From: Patescibacteria group bacterium UBA6532
Lineage (GTDB): Bacteria > Patescibacteriota > Minisyncoccia > Minisyncoccales > UBA6532
Assembly (NCBI GenBank): GCA_002434805.1
Contig: DJKW01000001.1
Coordinates: 5,805 to 69,804, forward strand
Length of the DNA stretch: 64,000 bases
Direction: 5' to 3'
Shown here: piece by piece, positions 1 through 10,113 of the stretch
How positions within the stretch are numbered: position 1 is the stretch's first letter
How the letters are laid out: the number at the start of each line of letters is the position of its first letter
The notes under the pieces: generated by a model
Told to the model about the DNA's origin: nothing
The model's input: the letters and a program-made list of their open reading frames with translations, nothing else
Databases searched by the model: none
Program-made: the position numbers and the translations under genes

Positions 1-1
1 A

Positions 2-403
2 GCTTCATCTTTTGTAGCGATTGCTAACCAAGGAAAGCTTTTAGAGCCTAAAATAGTCCAGAAAGTAGTAAACCAGGATAAAAAATTAGTTAGAGAAATA
101 GATCCTGAAATCTTAAACGAAAACTTTATAGACCAAGAAAACCTTCAGGTAGTCAGAGAAGGAATGCGAGAAGCTGTAATTTACGGTTCATCGGTTCTCT
201 TGAGCAATTTACCCGTTAAAGCGGCAGCGAAAACAGGAACCGCTCAAACGCCAAAAGAAAACTATTATCATAACTGGATTACTGTTTTTGCTCCATATGA
301 TGATCCAGAAATCGTTCTCACTATAATGATTGAAAGCGTCTACGGTGAACAGGTAGCTGCCCTTCCTGTAGCTAAAGAAATTCTCTCTTGGTATTTTAGG
401 TAA
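2..403 (+). CDS. mrdA: Penicillin-binding protein 2 (class B PBP), C-terminal fragment (5' partial)
   Basis: Frame is open from the window start; KTGTAQ motif and HNWITVFAPYDDPEI transpeptidase C-terminus. Confidence 0.85.
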   Translation, partial: ASSFVAIANQGKLLEPKIVQKVVNQDKKLVREIDPEILNENFIDQENLQVVREGMREAVIYGSSVLLSNLPVKAAAKTGTAQTPKENYYHNWITVFAPYDDPEIVLTIMIESVYGEQVAALPVAKEILSWYFR

Positions 404-483
404 AGCATTAAAATAAAAGAAATAAAAATATATTGAGGTGGGAGGCAAGTTCTCCCTCTTTTTTATTCACATATTTGAGGTTG

Positions 484-570
484 ACCCCGCACCTAATCTC
501 TGATTAACAATCCTTATTTTAAAATCGGTCAATATTCAGCTTAATTCCTAACATAGATTAGGTGCGGGGT
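484..570. repeat. MITE/REP-like element with perfect 16-bp terminal inverted repeats
   Basis: ACCCCGCACCTAATCT (484-499) and its exact reverse complement AGATTAGGTGCGGGGT (555-570); GGTTGAC occurs at both junctions. Confidence 0.75.
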
Positions 571-600
571 TGACAAAGTTTTTTAACTAAGTATTATAAT
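570..600 (+). promoter_or_regulatory. sigma70-type promoter of greA
   Basis: TTGACA at 570-575 with TATTAT/TATAAT at 592-600. Confidence 0.65.
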
Positions 601-616
601 CTAACATGTTAATTTT

Positions 617-1072
617 ATGGAAAAATTTTTAACCCCTGAGGGTTTTAAAAAACTAAAAAAGGAACTTCAGCATCTAAAAGAGGTTAAGCGAAAGGATATG
701 GCTCAACGTCTGAAAAAAAGCATTTCTTATGGCGATTTGAGTGAAAATTCCGAATACCAAGAGGCTAAAGAAGCCCAGGGTTTTTTAGAGGGAAAAATAG
801 TTGAACTTGAAGAACTAATGACCTCAGCTGAAATTATTTCTCCGAAGAAGAATTCTGGAGTTGCCCAAATTGGCTCGACAATTTTGGTGAGTTCTGGTTT
901 AAGAAAAGAGAAGTTCAGAATTGTTGGTGCTGAAGAAGCAAATCCTGTAGAAGGTAAAATTTCAGCTGACTCTCCTTTGGGAAAAGCCGTTTTAAATCAG
1001 TCGTCAGGCGCTAAGGTGGAAATAAAAACTCCTGATGGCAAGGTTTTGTATAAAATTATCAAAGTTGAATAA
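617..1072 (+). CDS. greA: Transcription elongation factor GreA
   Basis: GDLSENSEY motif; C-terminal ISADSPLGKA. Confidence 0.97.
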   Translation: MEKFLTPEGFKKLKKELQHLKEVKRKDMAQRLKKSISYGDLSENSEYQEAKEAQGFLEGKIVELEELMTSAEIISPKKNSGVAQIGSTILVSSGLRKEKFRIVGAEEANPVEGKISADSPLGKAVLNQSSGAKVEIKTPDGKVLYKIIKVE

Positions 1073-1090
1073 AAGTTAATAGTTTCTGGA

Positions 1091-1126
1091 GAACACCCTG
1101 ACTTGAATAAAGTAGGGTGTTTTTTC
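1091..1126 (+). terminator. Intrinsic terminator after greA
   Basis: AACACCCT...AGGGTGTT hairpin followed by a T-tract. Confidence 0.7.
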
Positions 1127-1155
1127 TTTTGACCTAAATCTAAAAATGACATAAA

Positions 1156-2481
1156 ATGAAAAAAGATATGCCAATTAGCAAACTTCGGAAAAATCGATTA
1201 AAAAAGCTGGAAAATATCAAAAAATCCAAAGCTAACCCTTACCCTGCTAAAACAAAAAGAACTCATCTTATTGAGGAAGCTTTGTTGAATTTTGAGAAAT
1301 TTTCCAAGGGGAAAAAGAAGATAGTCTTGGTCGGTAGAATCAGGTCAATTCGAGAACACGGAGGTTCTACTTTTTTACACTTTGAAGACGGCACGGGAAC
1401 AATACAGGGCTATTTTAAGAAAAACATAGTAGGCTTGAAAAAGTATAGATTTTTCTTAGATAACTTTGAAACCGGAGATTTTATTGAAATTGAAGGAAAA
1501 CTCTTTAATACCAGAAAAGGAGAAAAAACCATTGAAGCTTCGGATTTTAAGATTTTAGCAAAATCACTTTTGCCCCTTCCTGAAAAATGGCACGGCTTAA
1601 AAGATGTTGAAGAACGTTTTAGAAAAAGGTACCTTGATTTAATAATGAACCCTAAAGTAAGGGAAAAGTTTAAGGTCCGCAGTAAGATTGTTAAAACCTT
1701 AAGGGAAATCTTAAACAAAGAGGAATTTTTTGAAGTTGAAACTCCAATTTTGCAACCAATTCCCGGAGGAGCTTTAGCCAAACCCTTTAAGACGCACCTA
1801 AACGCTCTAAATATTGATCTCTATCTTCGAGTAGCTCCAGAACTCTACTTAAAGCGTCTTTTGGTCGGTGGATTTGAAAAGATCTACGAAATTGGAAGAT
1901 GTTTTCGGAATGAAGGAATTGACGCTTACCATAACCCAGATTTCACTATGCTTGAACTTTACTGGGCCTATCAAGATCGAGACGGCCTTATGAAGTTCGT
2001 GGAAAATATTTTTAAGGAATTACTAAGCGGGATTGGGAAGGGAAATACGATCAGTTACCAGGGAAAAAAGATAAATTTCAAAACTCCCTGGAAAAGAATC
2101 AAATATAGCGAGATTGATTTTGAAAAAGATAAAGAAAAACTAATTCAGCCCACCTTTGTTGTTGACCACCCTTTGGAAATAACGCCTTTAGCTAAAGCTA
2201 AAGATGATAATAAAAAATATGCCGATCGGTTTCAGTTAGTGGCTGGTGGTATTGAATTAATAAATGGTTTTTCTGAATTGAATAATCCTTTAGAGCAAAG
2301 AGAGCGACTCTCAAAAAACAATAAAAGGAAAGATGAAGATTTTTTACAAGCTCTAGAATATGGAATGCCACCAGCTGCAGGATTTGGTATCGGCATTGAC
2401 AGATTATCGGCCCTGCTTACTGATTCCCATAGCTTGCGAGAGATAATTCTTTTTCCAACCATGCGTCCCAAGAAAAAATGA
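1156..2481 (+). CDS. lysS: Lysyl-tRNA synthetase class II (compact form)
   Basis: OB-fold N-terminus, YLRVAPELYLKRL, FRNEGID, HNPDFTMLE, GMPPAAGFGIGIDR. Confidence 0.97.
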   Translation: MKKDMPISKLRKNRLKKLENIKKSKANPYPAKTKRTHLIEEALLNFEKFSKGKKKIVLVGRIRSIREHGGSTFLHFEDGTGTIQGYFKKNIVGLKKYRFFLDNFETGDFIEIEGKLFNTRKGEKTIEASDFKILAKSLLPLPEKWHGLKDVEERFRKRYLDLIMNPKVREKFKVRSKIVKTLREILNKEEFFEVETPILQPIPGGALAKPFKTHLNALNIDLYLRVAPELYLKRLLVGGFEKIYEIGRCFRNEGIDAYHNPDFTMLELYWAYQDRDGLMKFVENIFKELLSGIGKGNTISYQGKKINFKTPWKRIKYSEIDFEKDKEKLIQPTFVVDHPLEITPLAKAKDDNKKYADRFQLVAGGIELINGFSELNNPLEQRERLSKNNKRKDEDFLQALEYGMPPAAGFGIGIDRLSALLTDSHSLREIILFPTMRPKKK

Positions 2482-3077
2482 AAAAGATATTAATTGCTAC
2501 AACTAACCCGGGAAAACTTTTAGAATATAGAGAAATATTAAAAGAACTGTCCCTAGAAATAGTCACCTTAAAAGACTTAAATAATCAAACAGAAGTAAAA
2601 GAAGACGGAAAGACTTTTAAAGAAAATGCCATAAAGAAGGTTAAGTTTTATTCAAAATTAACCGAATTTCCCACTATAGCTGAAGACAGCGGCCTGGAAA
2701 TAGACTATTTAAACGGAGAACCAGGAGTAAAATCAAAACGTTGGCCGGGTTATGAAGCTTCAGAGAAAGAATTGATAAATCTGACTCTTAAAAAGCTCCA
2801 GGGCGTTCCTTTAGAGAAAAGGGGAGCCCAACTACGAGTGGTTATAGCCCTGTCTATTAATAAAGAGATAAAGCTTTTTGAGGGGGTTATTCGAGGAGTG
2901 ATAATAGAAAAACCTATAAAAAAGATTATTCCCGGCTATCCTTTCAGAACTCTCTTTTATATTCCGGAAATTAAAAAAGTTTTAGGAGAATTAACAATGG
3001 AAGAAGAAACAAAAATAGCCCACCGGAAAAAAGCTTTAGAAAAAGCCTTACCAATAATTAAAAAATATTTATGTTAG
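2478..3077 (+). CDS. rdgB: Non-canonical purine NTP pyrophosphatase (RdgB/HAM1)
   Basis: ATTNPGK, TFKENA, EDSGLEIDYLNGEPGV, AHRKKAL. Confidence 0.93.
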   Translation: MKKILIATTNPGKLLEYREILKELSLEIVTLKDLNNQTEVKEDGKTFKENAIKKVKFYSKLTEFPTIAEDSGLEIDYLNGEPGVKSKRWPGYEASEKELINLTLKKLQGVPLEKRGAQLRVVIALSINKEIKLFEGVIRGVIIEKPIKKIIPGYPFRTLFYIPEIKKVLGELTMEEETKIAHRKKALEKALPIIKKYLC

Positions 3078-4339
3078 ACATTAAATTTATTCGCCAAAAT
3101 CCTCAAGCTGTTAGAGACGGCTCCCGAAAAAAAGGAGTCAAAGTTGAAATTGACAAGCTTTTAAAAGTAGATAAAAAAAGGCGGAAAATCATTCTCGCTA
3201 TAGAAGACATAGCAGCTAAAAAGAACAACTCCTCTAGGAAAATATCTCAAACAAAAAATAAAAAAGAAAAGAAAAAGCTAATTTTGGAAATGAGAAAAAT
3301 CGATACTAATTCAGATAGATTGAATAAAGACTTAAAAAAGCTTAGCGTGGAGTTTAATGATTTAATGTATCAAATTCCCAATTTACCAGAAGATGACGTA
3401 CCTTTTGGCAAGAATGAAAAAGACAATGTGGTTTTAAAAAAATGGGGGAAGAAACTAAAATTTGGTTTTAAACCAAAAGATTCTTTAGAAATAGGAGAAA
3501 ACCTGGATTTAATTGACGTTAAAAGAGCAGCTAAAGTTTCTGGCACAAGGTTCGGTTATATTAAAAAAGAAGCAGCTTTAATTGAATTTGCTTTAATAAA
3601 TTTAGCTTTCGATACTCTTAGTAAAGAAGGATTTATTCCTATTGTTCCCCCGGTCTTTATAAAAGAAGAAGCAATGCGGGCCATGGGATATATTAATAAT
3701 AAAGAAGATTTAGCTGAAAGATATTTTTTTAAAAAAGATAAGCTCTTTTTAGTTGGAACTTCAGAACAATCAATTGGCCCAATACACCAAGATGAAATAT
3801 TTAAAGAAAAAGACTTGCCCCAGCGCTATGTTGCTTTTTCAAGCTGCTTTAGAAGAGAAGCTGGAAGCTATGGAAAAGATACCAGGGGAATTTTAAGAGT
3901 CCATCAATTCGATAAAGTAGAAATGTTTAGTTTCGCTCATCCTAAGCAATCAAAAGAGGAGTATAAATTTCTTTTATCAATAGAAGAAAAGTTAATGCAG
4001 CAGCTTAAAATTCCATATCAGGTGGTTCAAATGTGCACCGGGGATTTAGGTAATCCTGTAGCTGCCAAATATGACATTGAAGCTTGGCTTCCCAGTCAAA
4101 ATAAATATCGGGAAACCCATTCAGCTTCAAATACAACTGATTTTCAGACAAGAAGACTGAATATCCGCTATAGAAATTCAAAAACTAAGAAATTAGACTT
4201 TGTTCACACTTTAAATGGAACTACTTTCGCTATTGGCAGAATGCTCATTGCCATTATTGAAAACTACCAGCAAAAAGACGGGAGTGTAAAAATACCTGAA
4301 GCTTTACAAAAGTATCTTAATTTTCAAAAGATCGGCTAA
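3071..4339 (+). CDS. serS: Seryl-tRNA synthetase
   Basis: MLDIKFIR start, GTSEQ, FRREAGSYGKDTRGILRVHQFDKVE, HTLNGT. Confidence 0.98.
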   Translation: MLDIKFIRQNPQAVRDGSRKKGVKVEIDKLLKVDKKRRKIILAIEDIAAKKNNSSRKISQTKNKKEKKKLILEMRKIDTNSDRLNKDLKKLSVEFNDLMYQIPNLPEDDVPFGKNEKDNVVLKKWGKKLKFGFKPKDSLEIGENLDLIDVKRAAKVSGTRFGYIKKEAALIEFALINLAFDTLSKEGFIPIVPPVFIKEEAMRAMGYINNKEDLAERYFFKKDKLFLVGTSEQSIGPIHQDEIFKEKDLPQRYVAFSSCFRREAGSYGKDTRGILRVHQFDKVEMFSFAHPKQSKEEYKFLLSIEEKLMQQLKIPYQVVQMCTGDLGNPVAAKYDIEAWLPSQNKYRETHSASNTTDFQTRRLNIRYRNSKTKKLDFVHTLNGTTFAIGRMLIAIIENYQQKDGSVKIPEALQKYLNFQKIG

Positions 4340-4340
4340 A

Positions 4341-5030
4341 ATGCCCACCTTATTAATTCTCCATGGCTGGGGATCTTCTTCTAAAAAATGGCAAAAAGTC
4401 AGAAAGATTTTAACTAGCCAGGGATTAAATGTTTTAGTTCCTGATCTGCCTGGTTTTGGCAATGCTTCATTGCCCTCAAAACCCTGGTCAGTTAATGATT
4501 ATGTCGAGTGGATAAGAGAATTCAGCGAAAAAGAGAATCTTTCGCAGTTTTTTTTATTAGGCCATTCTTTTGGAGGCAGAATAGCTATAAAGTTTAGCGT
4601 AAAGTATCCGGAAAAGGTATCTGGTTTAATTTTATCCGGGGTGCCAGCCATTAGAAAAAAAATGGAGACTGAAGAAAACTTAGCTGGAATATTATCAAAA
4701 CTTTCCTTTATACCCGGCTACCAGTTTTTACGGAAATTGTTTTATAAATATATTTTAAGGAAAACCGATTATATTAAACTTAAAGGAGTGATGAAAGAAA
4801 CCTTTAAAAAAATAGTAGCTGAAGATTTGGCAGTTTATCTTCCTCAAATAAAAGCTAAAACTTTGATTTTATGGGGCGATAAAGACGACTATGTTCCCGT
4901 TAAAACGGCTTCCTTAATAAAAGAAAGAGTTATTAATTCAGAAATGATAATTTTTCCCGGGTCTGGCCACAGCCTTCAAAAAGAAATCCCAGACAAGTTA
5001 TCTGAAAGCATGCTTAACTTTATTAAATAA
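4341..5030 (+). CDS. Alpha/beta hydrolase
   Basis: LHGWG, DLPGFG, GHSFGG nucleophile elbow, catalytic His in GH. Confidence 0.92.
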   Translation: MPTLLILHGWGSSSKKWQKVRKILTSQGLNVLVPDLPGFGNASLPSKPWSVNDYVEWIREFSEKENLSQFFLLGHSFGGRIAIKFSVKYPEKVSGLILSGVPAIRKKMETEENLAGILSKLSFIPGYQFLRKLFYKYILRKTDYIKLKGVMKETFKKIVAEDLAVYLPQIKAKTLILWGDKDDYVPVKTASLIKERVINSEMIIFPGSGHSLQKEIPDKLSESMLNFIK

Positions 5031-5035
5031 TCTTT

Positions 5036-6559
5036 ATGTCACTGGAAAACTTCAGCGCCATCTATCTTCTGACATTTTTCTTCTGGATTTTAACTTTTAA
5101 TAAAAGGTTGTTTTTTTGGTTTTGGCTCTGGCAGTTAAAAGAATACCATTTGGGAAGATTTAAGGCTCATTTTCAAACAGATAAGGGAAAACAACTAGTT
5201 TTAAACAAGTTTTTGGCAGGTAAAATAATTGTTTTACTGGGTTTTCTTTTAACTCCATTCTTTTTTTCTGCACCAACATTTAATTTATTTGCTGCTTCCT
5301 TGGCCATATTATTGTCAATATATCTAATTGAGGGAACTAAAGTTATCGTTGATATGTTCAAAAAACGGCTGAAATCTCCTGTTTTGACTAAAAAGACTGT
5401 TTTAATTATCGGCCTATCCTTTCTGGCTCAGTTTCTCTTTCTAGAACACGTCTTGAAGTACTTTTTTATATCTATTTTACTCTTAGATATTCTTTCTCCT
5501 TTTATTGCTTCATTTTTTGTAGGCCTCATTCATCCTTTAACTGTTTTTTGGCGCTGGCAGATTATTAAAAAAGCCAAAGAGAAGAGGAGTAAATTCAAAG
5601 ATTTAATCGTCATAGGGATTACGGGTTCTTATGGTAAAACCTCTACCAAGGAAATCTTAGCTCATATTTTAAGTAAAAAGTTTAAGGTTTTAAAAACAAA
5701 AAAGCATCAAAATTCAGAAGTAGGTGTTTCCCAGTGCGTCTTAAATGAGCTGACTTTAGAACACGAGGTTTTTGTCGTAGAAATGGGAGCTTATAATAGG
5801 GGAGGAATAAAGCTCCTTTCTCATATTGTAAGTCCTAAGATCGGGATTTTAACTGGCATTAACGAACAGCATATGGTGACTTTTAAGTCTTTAGAAAACA
5901 TTATTAAAACTAAATACGAATTAATTGAGAGCCTGCCAAAAGATGGAACAGCTTTCTTTAATGGAAGAAATGAATACTGCCTGGAGCTTTTTCAGAAAAC
6001 AAATATAAAGAAAAGTCTTTATGGAGAGAATGTGGAGTTAGCTGGCATGGAAAACATTGAAGGAGCTAAAGCTGTAGCCAGAGAATTGGGTATGACAAAT
6101 GAAGAAATTAACCAAGCTTGTGAAGAAATTAAGAGCAAGTTTCCGGGCCTTCAGTTAAAGAAAGGTATAAATGGATTGAATATTATTGATGCCAGCTATT
6201 CAGCTAACCCAGACAGTCTTATTTCCCATCTGGATTATTTGAAAACTTTACCGGCTAAGAAAATAATAGTCATGCCTTGTTTGATTGAATTGGGAAAAGC
6301 AGCTAAAAAAGTTCATAATAGAATAGGGGAGAGAATAGGAAAGGTTTCTCATTTAGTCATAATCACGACGAAAGATTATTTTGAGGAAATAAAAAAAAGC
6401 GCTATATCAAGCGGTTTTCCAAAAGAAAATATTTTGTATATTGAAGATCCAAAGAAAATTATTGAAAAGATAAAAGAATTTTCCAAACCAGGCGATATAG
6501 TCCTTTTAGAGGGCCGAATTCCACTTAAAACTAAGCTTAGTTTAATTATTGAAAATTGA
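5036..6559 (+). CDS. murF: MurF-like Mur ligase with N-terminal membrane domain
   Basis: GITGSYGKTSTKE P-loop, VVEMGAY, DASYSANP, IELG; hydrophobic N-terminal third. Confidence 0.8.
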   Translation: MSLENFSAIYLLTFFFWILTFNKRLFFWFWLWQLKEYHLGRFKAHFQTDKGKQLVLNKFLAGKIIVLLGFLLTPFFFSAPTFNLFAASLAILLSIYLIEGTKVIVDMFKKRLKSPVLTKKTVLIIGLSFLAQFLFLEHVLKYFFISILLLDILSPFIASFFVGLIHPLTVFWRWQIIKKAKEKRSKFKDLIVIGITGSYGKTSTKEILAHILSKKFKVLKTKKHQNSEVGVSQCVLNELTLEHEVFVVEMGAYNRGGIKLLSHIVSPKIGILTGINEQHMVTFKSLENIIKTKYELIESLPKDGTAFFNGRNEYCLELFQKTNIKKSLYGENVELAGMENIEGAKAVARELGMTNEEINQACEEIKSKFPGLQLKKGINGLNIIDASYSANPDSLISHLDYLKTLPAKKIIVMPCLIELGKAAKKVHNRIGERIGKVSHLVIITTKDYFEEIKKSAISSGFPKENILYIEDPKKIIEKIKEFSKPGDIVLLEGRIPLKTKLSLIIEN

Positions 6560-6582
6560 AATAAAAAAGAAAGTATTTCAGT

Positions 6583-7605
6583 ATGCAAATCATAAATTGT
6601 CAAATAAAAGAGATAATTAATAAAGAAGCTTGGGAAAACTTTCTTGCCGAGATTAAAGAGAAAACATTATTGCAGTCTTGGAATTGGGGCGAGTTTAACA
6701 AAGTTAGAGGAGATAAAATCTGGAGGTTGGGAATTTACGATAATGAAAAACTAATTGGAACTGCATTAACAATAAAAGTTAAATCAAAAAGGGGAACCTT
6801 TTTGTTTGTGCCCCATATCGTAAAGCTTCCCAAGAATATCTTAAAAGTCTTAACAGATCATTTAAAAGAACTGGCAAAGAAAGAAAAGGCTAGCTTTATC
6901 CGAATTGCTCCGGTTTGGGAAAAGAACGAAGAGAATAAAGAAATATTCAAAGAACTAGGGTTTAGAGAAGCGCCAATTCATATGCACCCGGAATTAACCT
7001 GGGAATTGGATATTATACCAACAGAAGAAGACCTTTTAAAGAACATGAGAAAAACAACCAGGTATCTTATCCGCCAAGCTAAAAAGAACCCTGATATTAA
7101 AATTGAACAAAGTAAAAATATAGAAGATATTGATAAATTCCAAAACCTTTACAAAAAAACGGTCCAGCGCCACCATTTTATAGCCTTTCCATCAGACTAT
7201 TTAAAAAACCAGTTTTCTTCTTTTTTAGGTGATAACCAAATCTCCATATTCTTAGGGGAGTACAAAGGAGAGCTGATTTCATCTGCTATTGTGGTTTTCT
7301 GGCAAGGATTGGCTTTTTATCATCACGGCGCTTCTTCAACTAAATACCCAAAAGTACCTGTTTCTTATTTGCTCCAGTGGGAAGTAATAAAAGAAGCTAA
7401 AAAAAGAGGTTGCAAATTGTATAATTTCTGGGGCATAGCTCCAGACAACAATAAAAAGCATCCCTGGGCCGGGCTTACTTTATTTAAAATGGGTTTTGGT
7501 GGGTATAAGAAAGAATACATTAAAACTCAAGATCTTCCTTTGTCTAATAAGTACTGGTTAACTTATATCTTTGAAAGGATTAGAAAATTCAAACGCCATC
7601 TATGA
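6583..7605 (+). CDS. FemAB/FemX-family peptidoglycan bridge aminoacyltransferase
   Basis: LQSWNWGEF, MRKTTRY, YHHGAS, YNFWGI, FKMGFGG. Confidence 0.92.
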   Translation: MQIINCQIKEIINKEAWENFLAEIKEKTLLQSWNWGEFNKVRGDKIWRLGIYDNEKLIGTALTIKVKSKRGTFLFVPHIVKLPKNILKVLTDHLKELAKKEKASFIRIAPVWEKNEENKEIFKELGFREAPIHMHPELTWELDIIPTEEDLLKNMRKTTRYLIRQAKKNPDIKIEQSKNIEDIDKFQNLYKKTVQRHHFIAFPSDYLKNQFSSFLGDNQISIFLGEYKGELISSAIVVFWQGLAFYHHGASSTKYPKVPVSYLLQWEVIKEAKKRGCKLYNFWGIAPDNNKKHPWAGLTLFKMGFGGYKKEYIKTQDLPLSNKYWLTYIFERIRKFKRHL

Positions 7606-8402
7606 AAAAGAGTAAATTATTTAGAAAACGCCATACTTTTAGAAGAAAAAAACCAATATTAAAGAGCAGGTATCTCTGGATTATTGGTTTAGTCCTCATT
7701 GCTTCAGTATCTCTTTTTTACTTTCTGACCTTTTCTGAAACTTTTCAAATAAAGAATATAGTTGTTACAGGCGAAGAAAAAGCATCAAAAGAAGAAATTA
7801 TATTGATCGTTGAAGGAAAACTGGATAAAAGATTGTTATTTTTTAAAACAAAAAGTATTTTCTTTGTTAACTCAAAAGGAATAAGGGAAGATATTTTAAA
7901 TGCCTTTCCTCAGATAGCTGGAGTGGAAATCAGCAGGGGACTCCCTGCTACCTTAAATATTTTTGTCGTAGAAAGAATGGGACTACTTAACTGGTGCCAA
8001 GAAAACAATTGTTTTTTGCTTGATAATGAAGGAATAATCTTTGAGGAAGCTTCAAGAGAAATAGACTTAATCAAAATTATAGACAAAGAAAACGCACGCT
8101 CTTTAGTTCTGGGAGAAAGGGTGATTGAGAAAAACTTTCTCTTGAATATTTTAAAACTTAAATCTAATCTCAATGATGATTTAAAGCTGCCGATTGTTGA
8201 GATTTCCATTATATCTAATGAAAGATTGAACATTAAAACGTTCGAGGGATGGCTAATTTATTTTAATCCCAAAGAGGATTTAGATTGGCAGACCCAAAAG
8301 CTTGACTTGGTCTTAGAAAAACAAATTCCTCTCGAAAAAAGAGAGGAATTAGAATATATTGAATTACGATTTGGAAACCAGGCGTTTATAAAATACCAGT
8401 GA
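7602..8402 (+). CDS. ftsQ: Cell division protein FtsQ/DivIB-like (TM + POTRA)
   Basis: Basic N-terminus, one TM helix, POTRA-like IKNIVVTG...VER, C-terminal YIELRFGN. Confidence 0.75.
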   Translation: MKKSKLFRKRHTFRRKKPILKSRYLWIIGLVLIASVSLFYFLTFSETFQIKNIVVTGEEKASKEEIILIVEGKLDKRLLFFKTKSIFFVNSKGIREDILNAFPQIAGVEISRGLPATLNIFVVERMGLLNWCQENNCFLLDNEGIIFEEASREIDLIKIIDKENARSLVLGERVIEKNFLLNILKLKSNLNDDLKLPIVEISIISNERLNIKTFEGWLIYFNPKEDLDWQTQKLDLVLEKQIPLEKREELEYIELRFGNQAFIKYQ

Positions 8403-8406
8403 TTTA

Positions 8407-10110
8407 TTATTCAATATAATAAATAAATATTGAATAGCCGATTTTAGTTACCGGAGTATAATCATTAAGCCAGTTAAAATAGCCAGACGACTCGTTAAGC
8501 CCTGGTATAGGAATTCCTCTGCCAACCTGGAGAAAGGTGGCGGAAACGGCAATCCAGCCCTTCTGAGGCTCTTCCCAGCTGAAATATTGGGCTTTATCTC
8601 CTAAATGATATATGGGATCAGCACCGCCAAAGTAGGCGATTTTTATTTCCTCAATATTGTTTTCATCTACCCATTGAGCCAGCCGTTTTAAATCCTGGCC
8701 CCAGTCTAAATTAGAGTCCACGGTATAAATATAGCCCTTATCCGGCCCTCCGACTAACTCATTAAAATAAGATAAAAAATGAGGATAAACTAAGGCTACG
8801 CTCGCTCCCTGCCATAAAAGAAGCAGGGCCAAAAGAATGTATTTTATCTTAAGAAAAGGTTCTTTAAGCCAATTTATTGTTACCTTGCTGACTAATAAAA
8901 TTAGAAAAGGAAAGGTGGGCAAAAGATGGCGTACCCCGATATTAAGATTACTGCTTAAACTGGTAAACCAATAAAGGCCGATAAAAGATATCATGGCAAA
9001 TTCCGGGAAATATGTCCTTAACTTTTCTAAGAATTTTCTTTTCCTTATAGACCAGAGAGCATAAAGAAGAGCAGTTAAGGTTAAAATATGAAAAGCCAAT
9101 GGTACTTTTATAGCATAAACTATGGGGAAATAGCTTTTCCATCCTAAGTTAGAAATCTCACCCATAAAATAGGTGGTGTGCCCAAAAGCGGCTCTCTGAA
9201 ATACCATAAAAAGGCCTGTAAAATACTGGCTGTAACCTTGCAGAAATGGATTTTCAGCTGCCCAGAAAATAGGTTCTTTAATAATATCAGGATAGTCAGC
9301 AATAGAAACCTTAGCATCGCTGAGTTGTCTTTCTGGAGGATAATTCCAAACATGGTACTGGTAAACAGGCCCAATAACCAAAAAGCTGATAATAACAACA
9401 AAAATCAGGGTTTTTAAAGCATTTTTAAGACTGCCTAGTTTTATCAGCCACCAGATGATAATTAAAAAGAAGAAAAAAGGAAAAAGAAGAATTACAGAAA
9501 ACTTCAAAAGCTGAGCTAAACCCAAAGCAATTCCAGCTAAGATAATATTCCTTTTACTTTGGTTTTTAAGGGCTTTAATAAAATAATAAGTGGCAATAAA
9601 AATAGCGGCTGCCGCTCCAACGTCAGTGGTAACCAATCTGCCGTGGGTAAGAAAAGTAGGGGAGAAGGAAAAGAGAAATAAAGCAAGTAATGCGCCCTTA
9701 TCTCCTATGAGCTCTCTTGCCCATTTAAAAACATATACTCCAAGGAGAATTAAAAGCAAAATCATTGGGATTCTGCCCCAAAAAATCATTTGATCTGTCG
9801 GGTTGCCGGCTTTATAAAGAAAATAGCTTCCAAATTCCCACTGGCCGTTAACGTCGTCTTTCCAGGCTTTAATATCGGAAGGAAAATTAATTCCATCTAA
9901 GAAAAGCAAAGGGACAGCGGATAGGTCCTTAATTAAAGGAGGGTGTTCTGGATTTAATCTCATATCTTTTTGGGTAAGATAAGAGTAACCAGCTGGCAAA
10001 TGAGCTAACTCGTCCATGGTAAGAGAGTCGTCTTTTATGCTAAAAACCGCCATTGAAAACATTATGACAAGCAATCCTCCGGCAATAATTAATGTAAAAC
10101 GATTAGACAT
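8407..10110 (-). CDS. ArnT/PMT-like GT-C membrane glycosyltransferase
   Basis: TMDELAH, NPEHPPL, GRLVTTD, DSNLDWGQDL; many TM segments. Confidence 0.85.
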   Translation of the reverse strand: MSNRFTLIIAGGLLVIMFSMAVFSIKDDSLTMDELAHLPAGYSYLTQKDMRLNPEHPPLIKDLSAVPLLFLDGINFPSDIKAWKDDVNGQWEFGSYFLYKAGNPTDQMIFWGRIPMILLLILLGVYVFKWARELIGDKGALLALFLFSFSPTFLTHGRLVTTDVGAAAAIFIATYYFIKALKNQSKRNIILAGIALGLAQLLKFSVILLFPFFFFLIIIWWLIKLGSLKNALKTLIFVVIISFLVIGPVYQYHVWNYPPERQLSDAKVSIADYPDIIKEPIFWAAENPFLQGYSQYFTGLFMVFQRAAFGHTTYFMGEISNLGWKSYFPIVYAIKVPLAFHILTLTALLYALWSIRKRKFLEKLRTYFPEFAMISFIGLYWFTSLSSNLNIGVRHLLPTFPFLILLVSKVTINWLKEPFLKIKYILLALLLLWQGASVALVYPHFLSYFNELVGGPDKGYIYTVDSNLDWGQDLKRLAQWVDENNIEEIKIAYFGGADPIYHLGDKAQYFSWEEPQKGWIAVSATFLQVGRGIPIPGLNESSGYFNWLNDYTPVTKIGYSIFIYYIE

Positions 10111-10113
10111 AAT

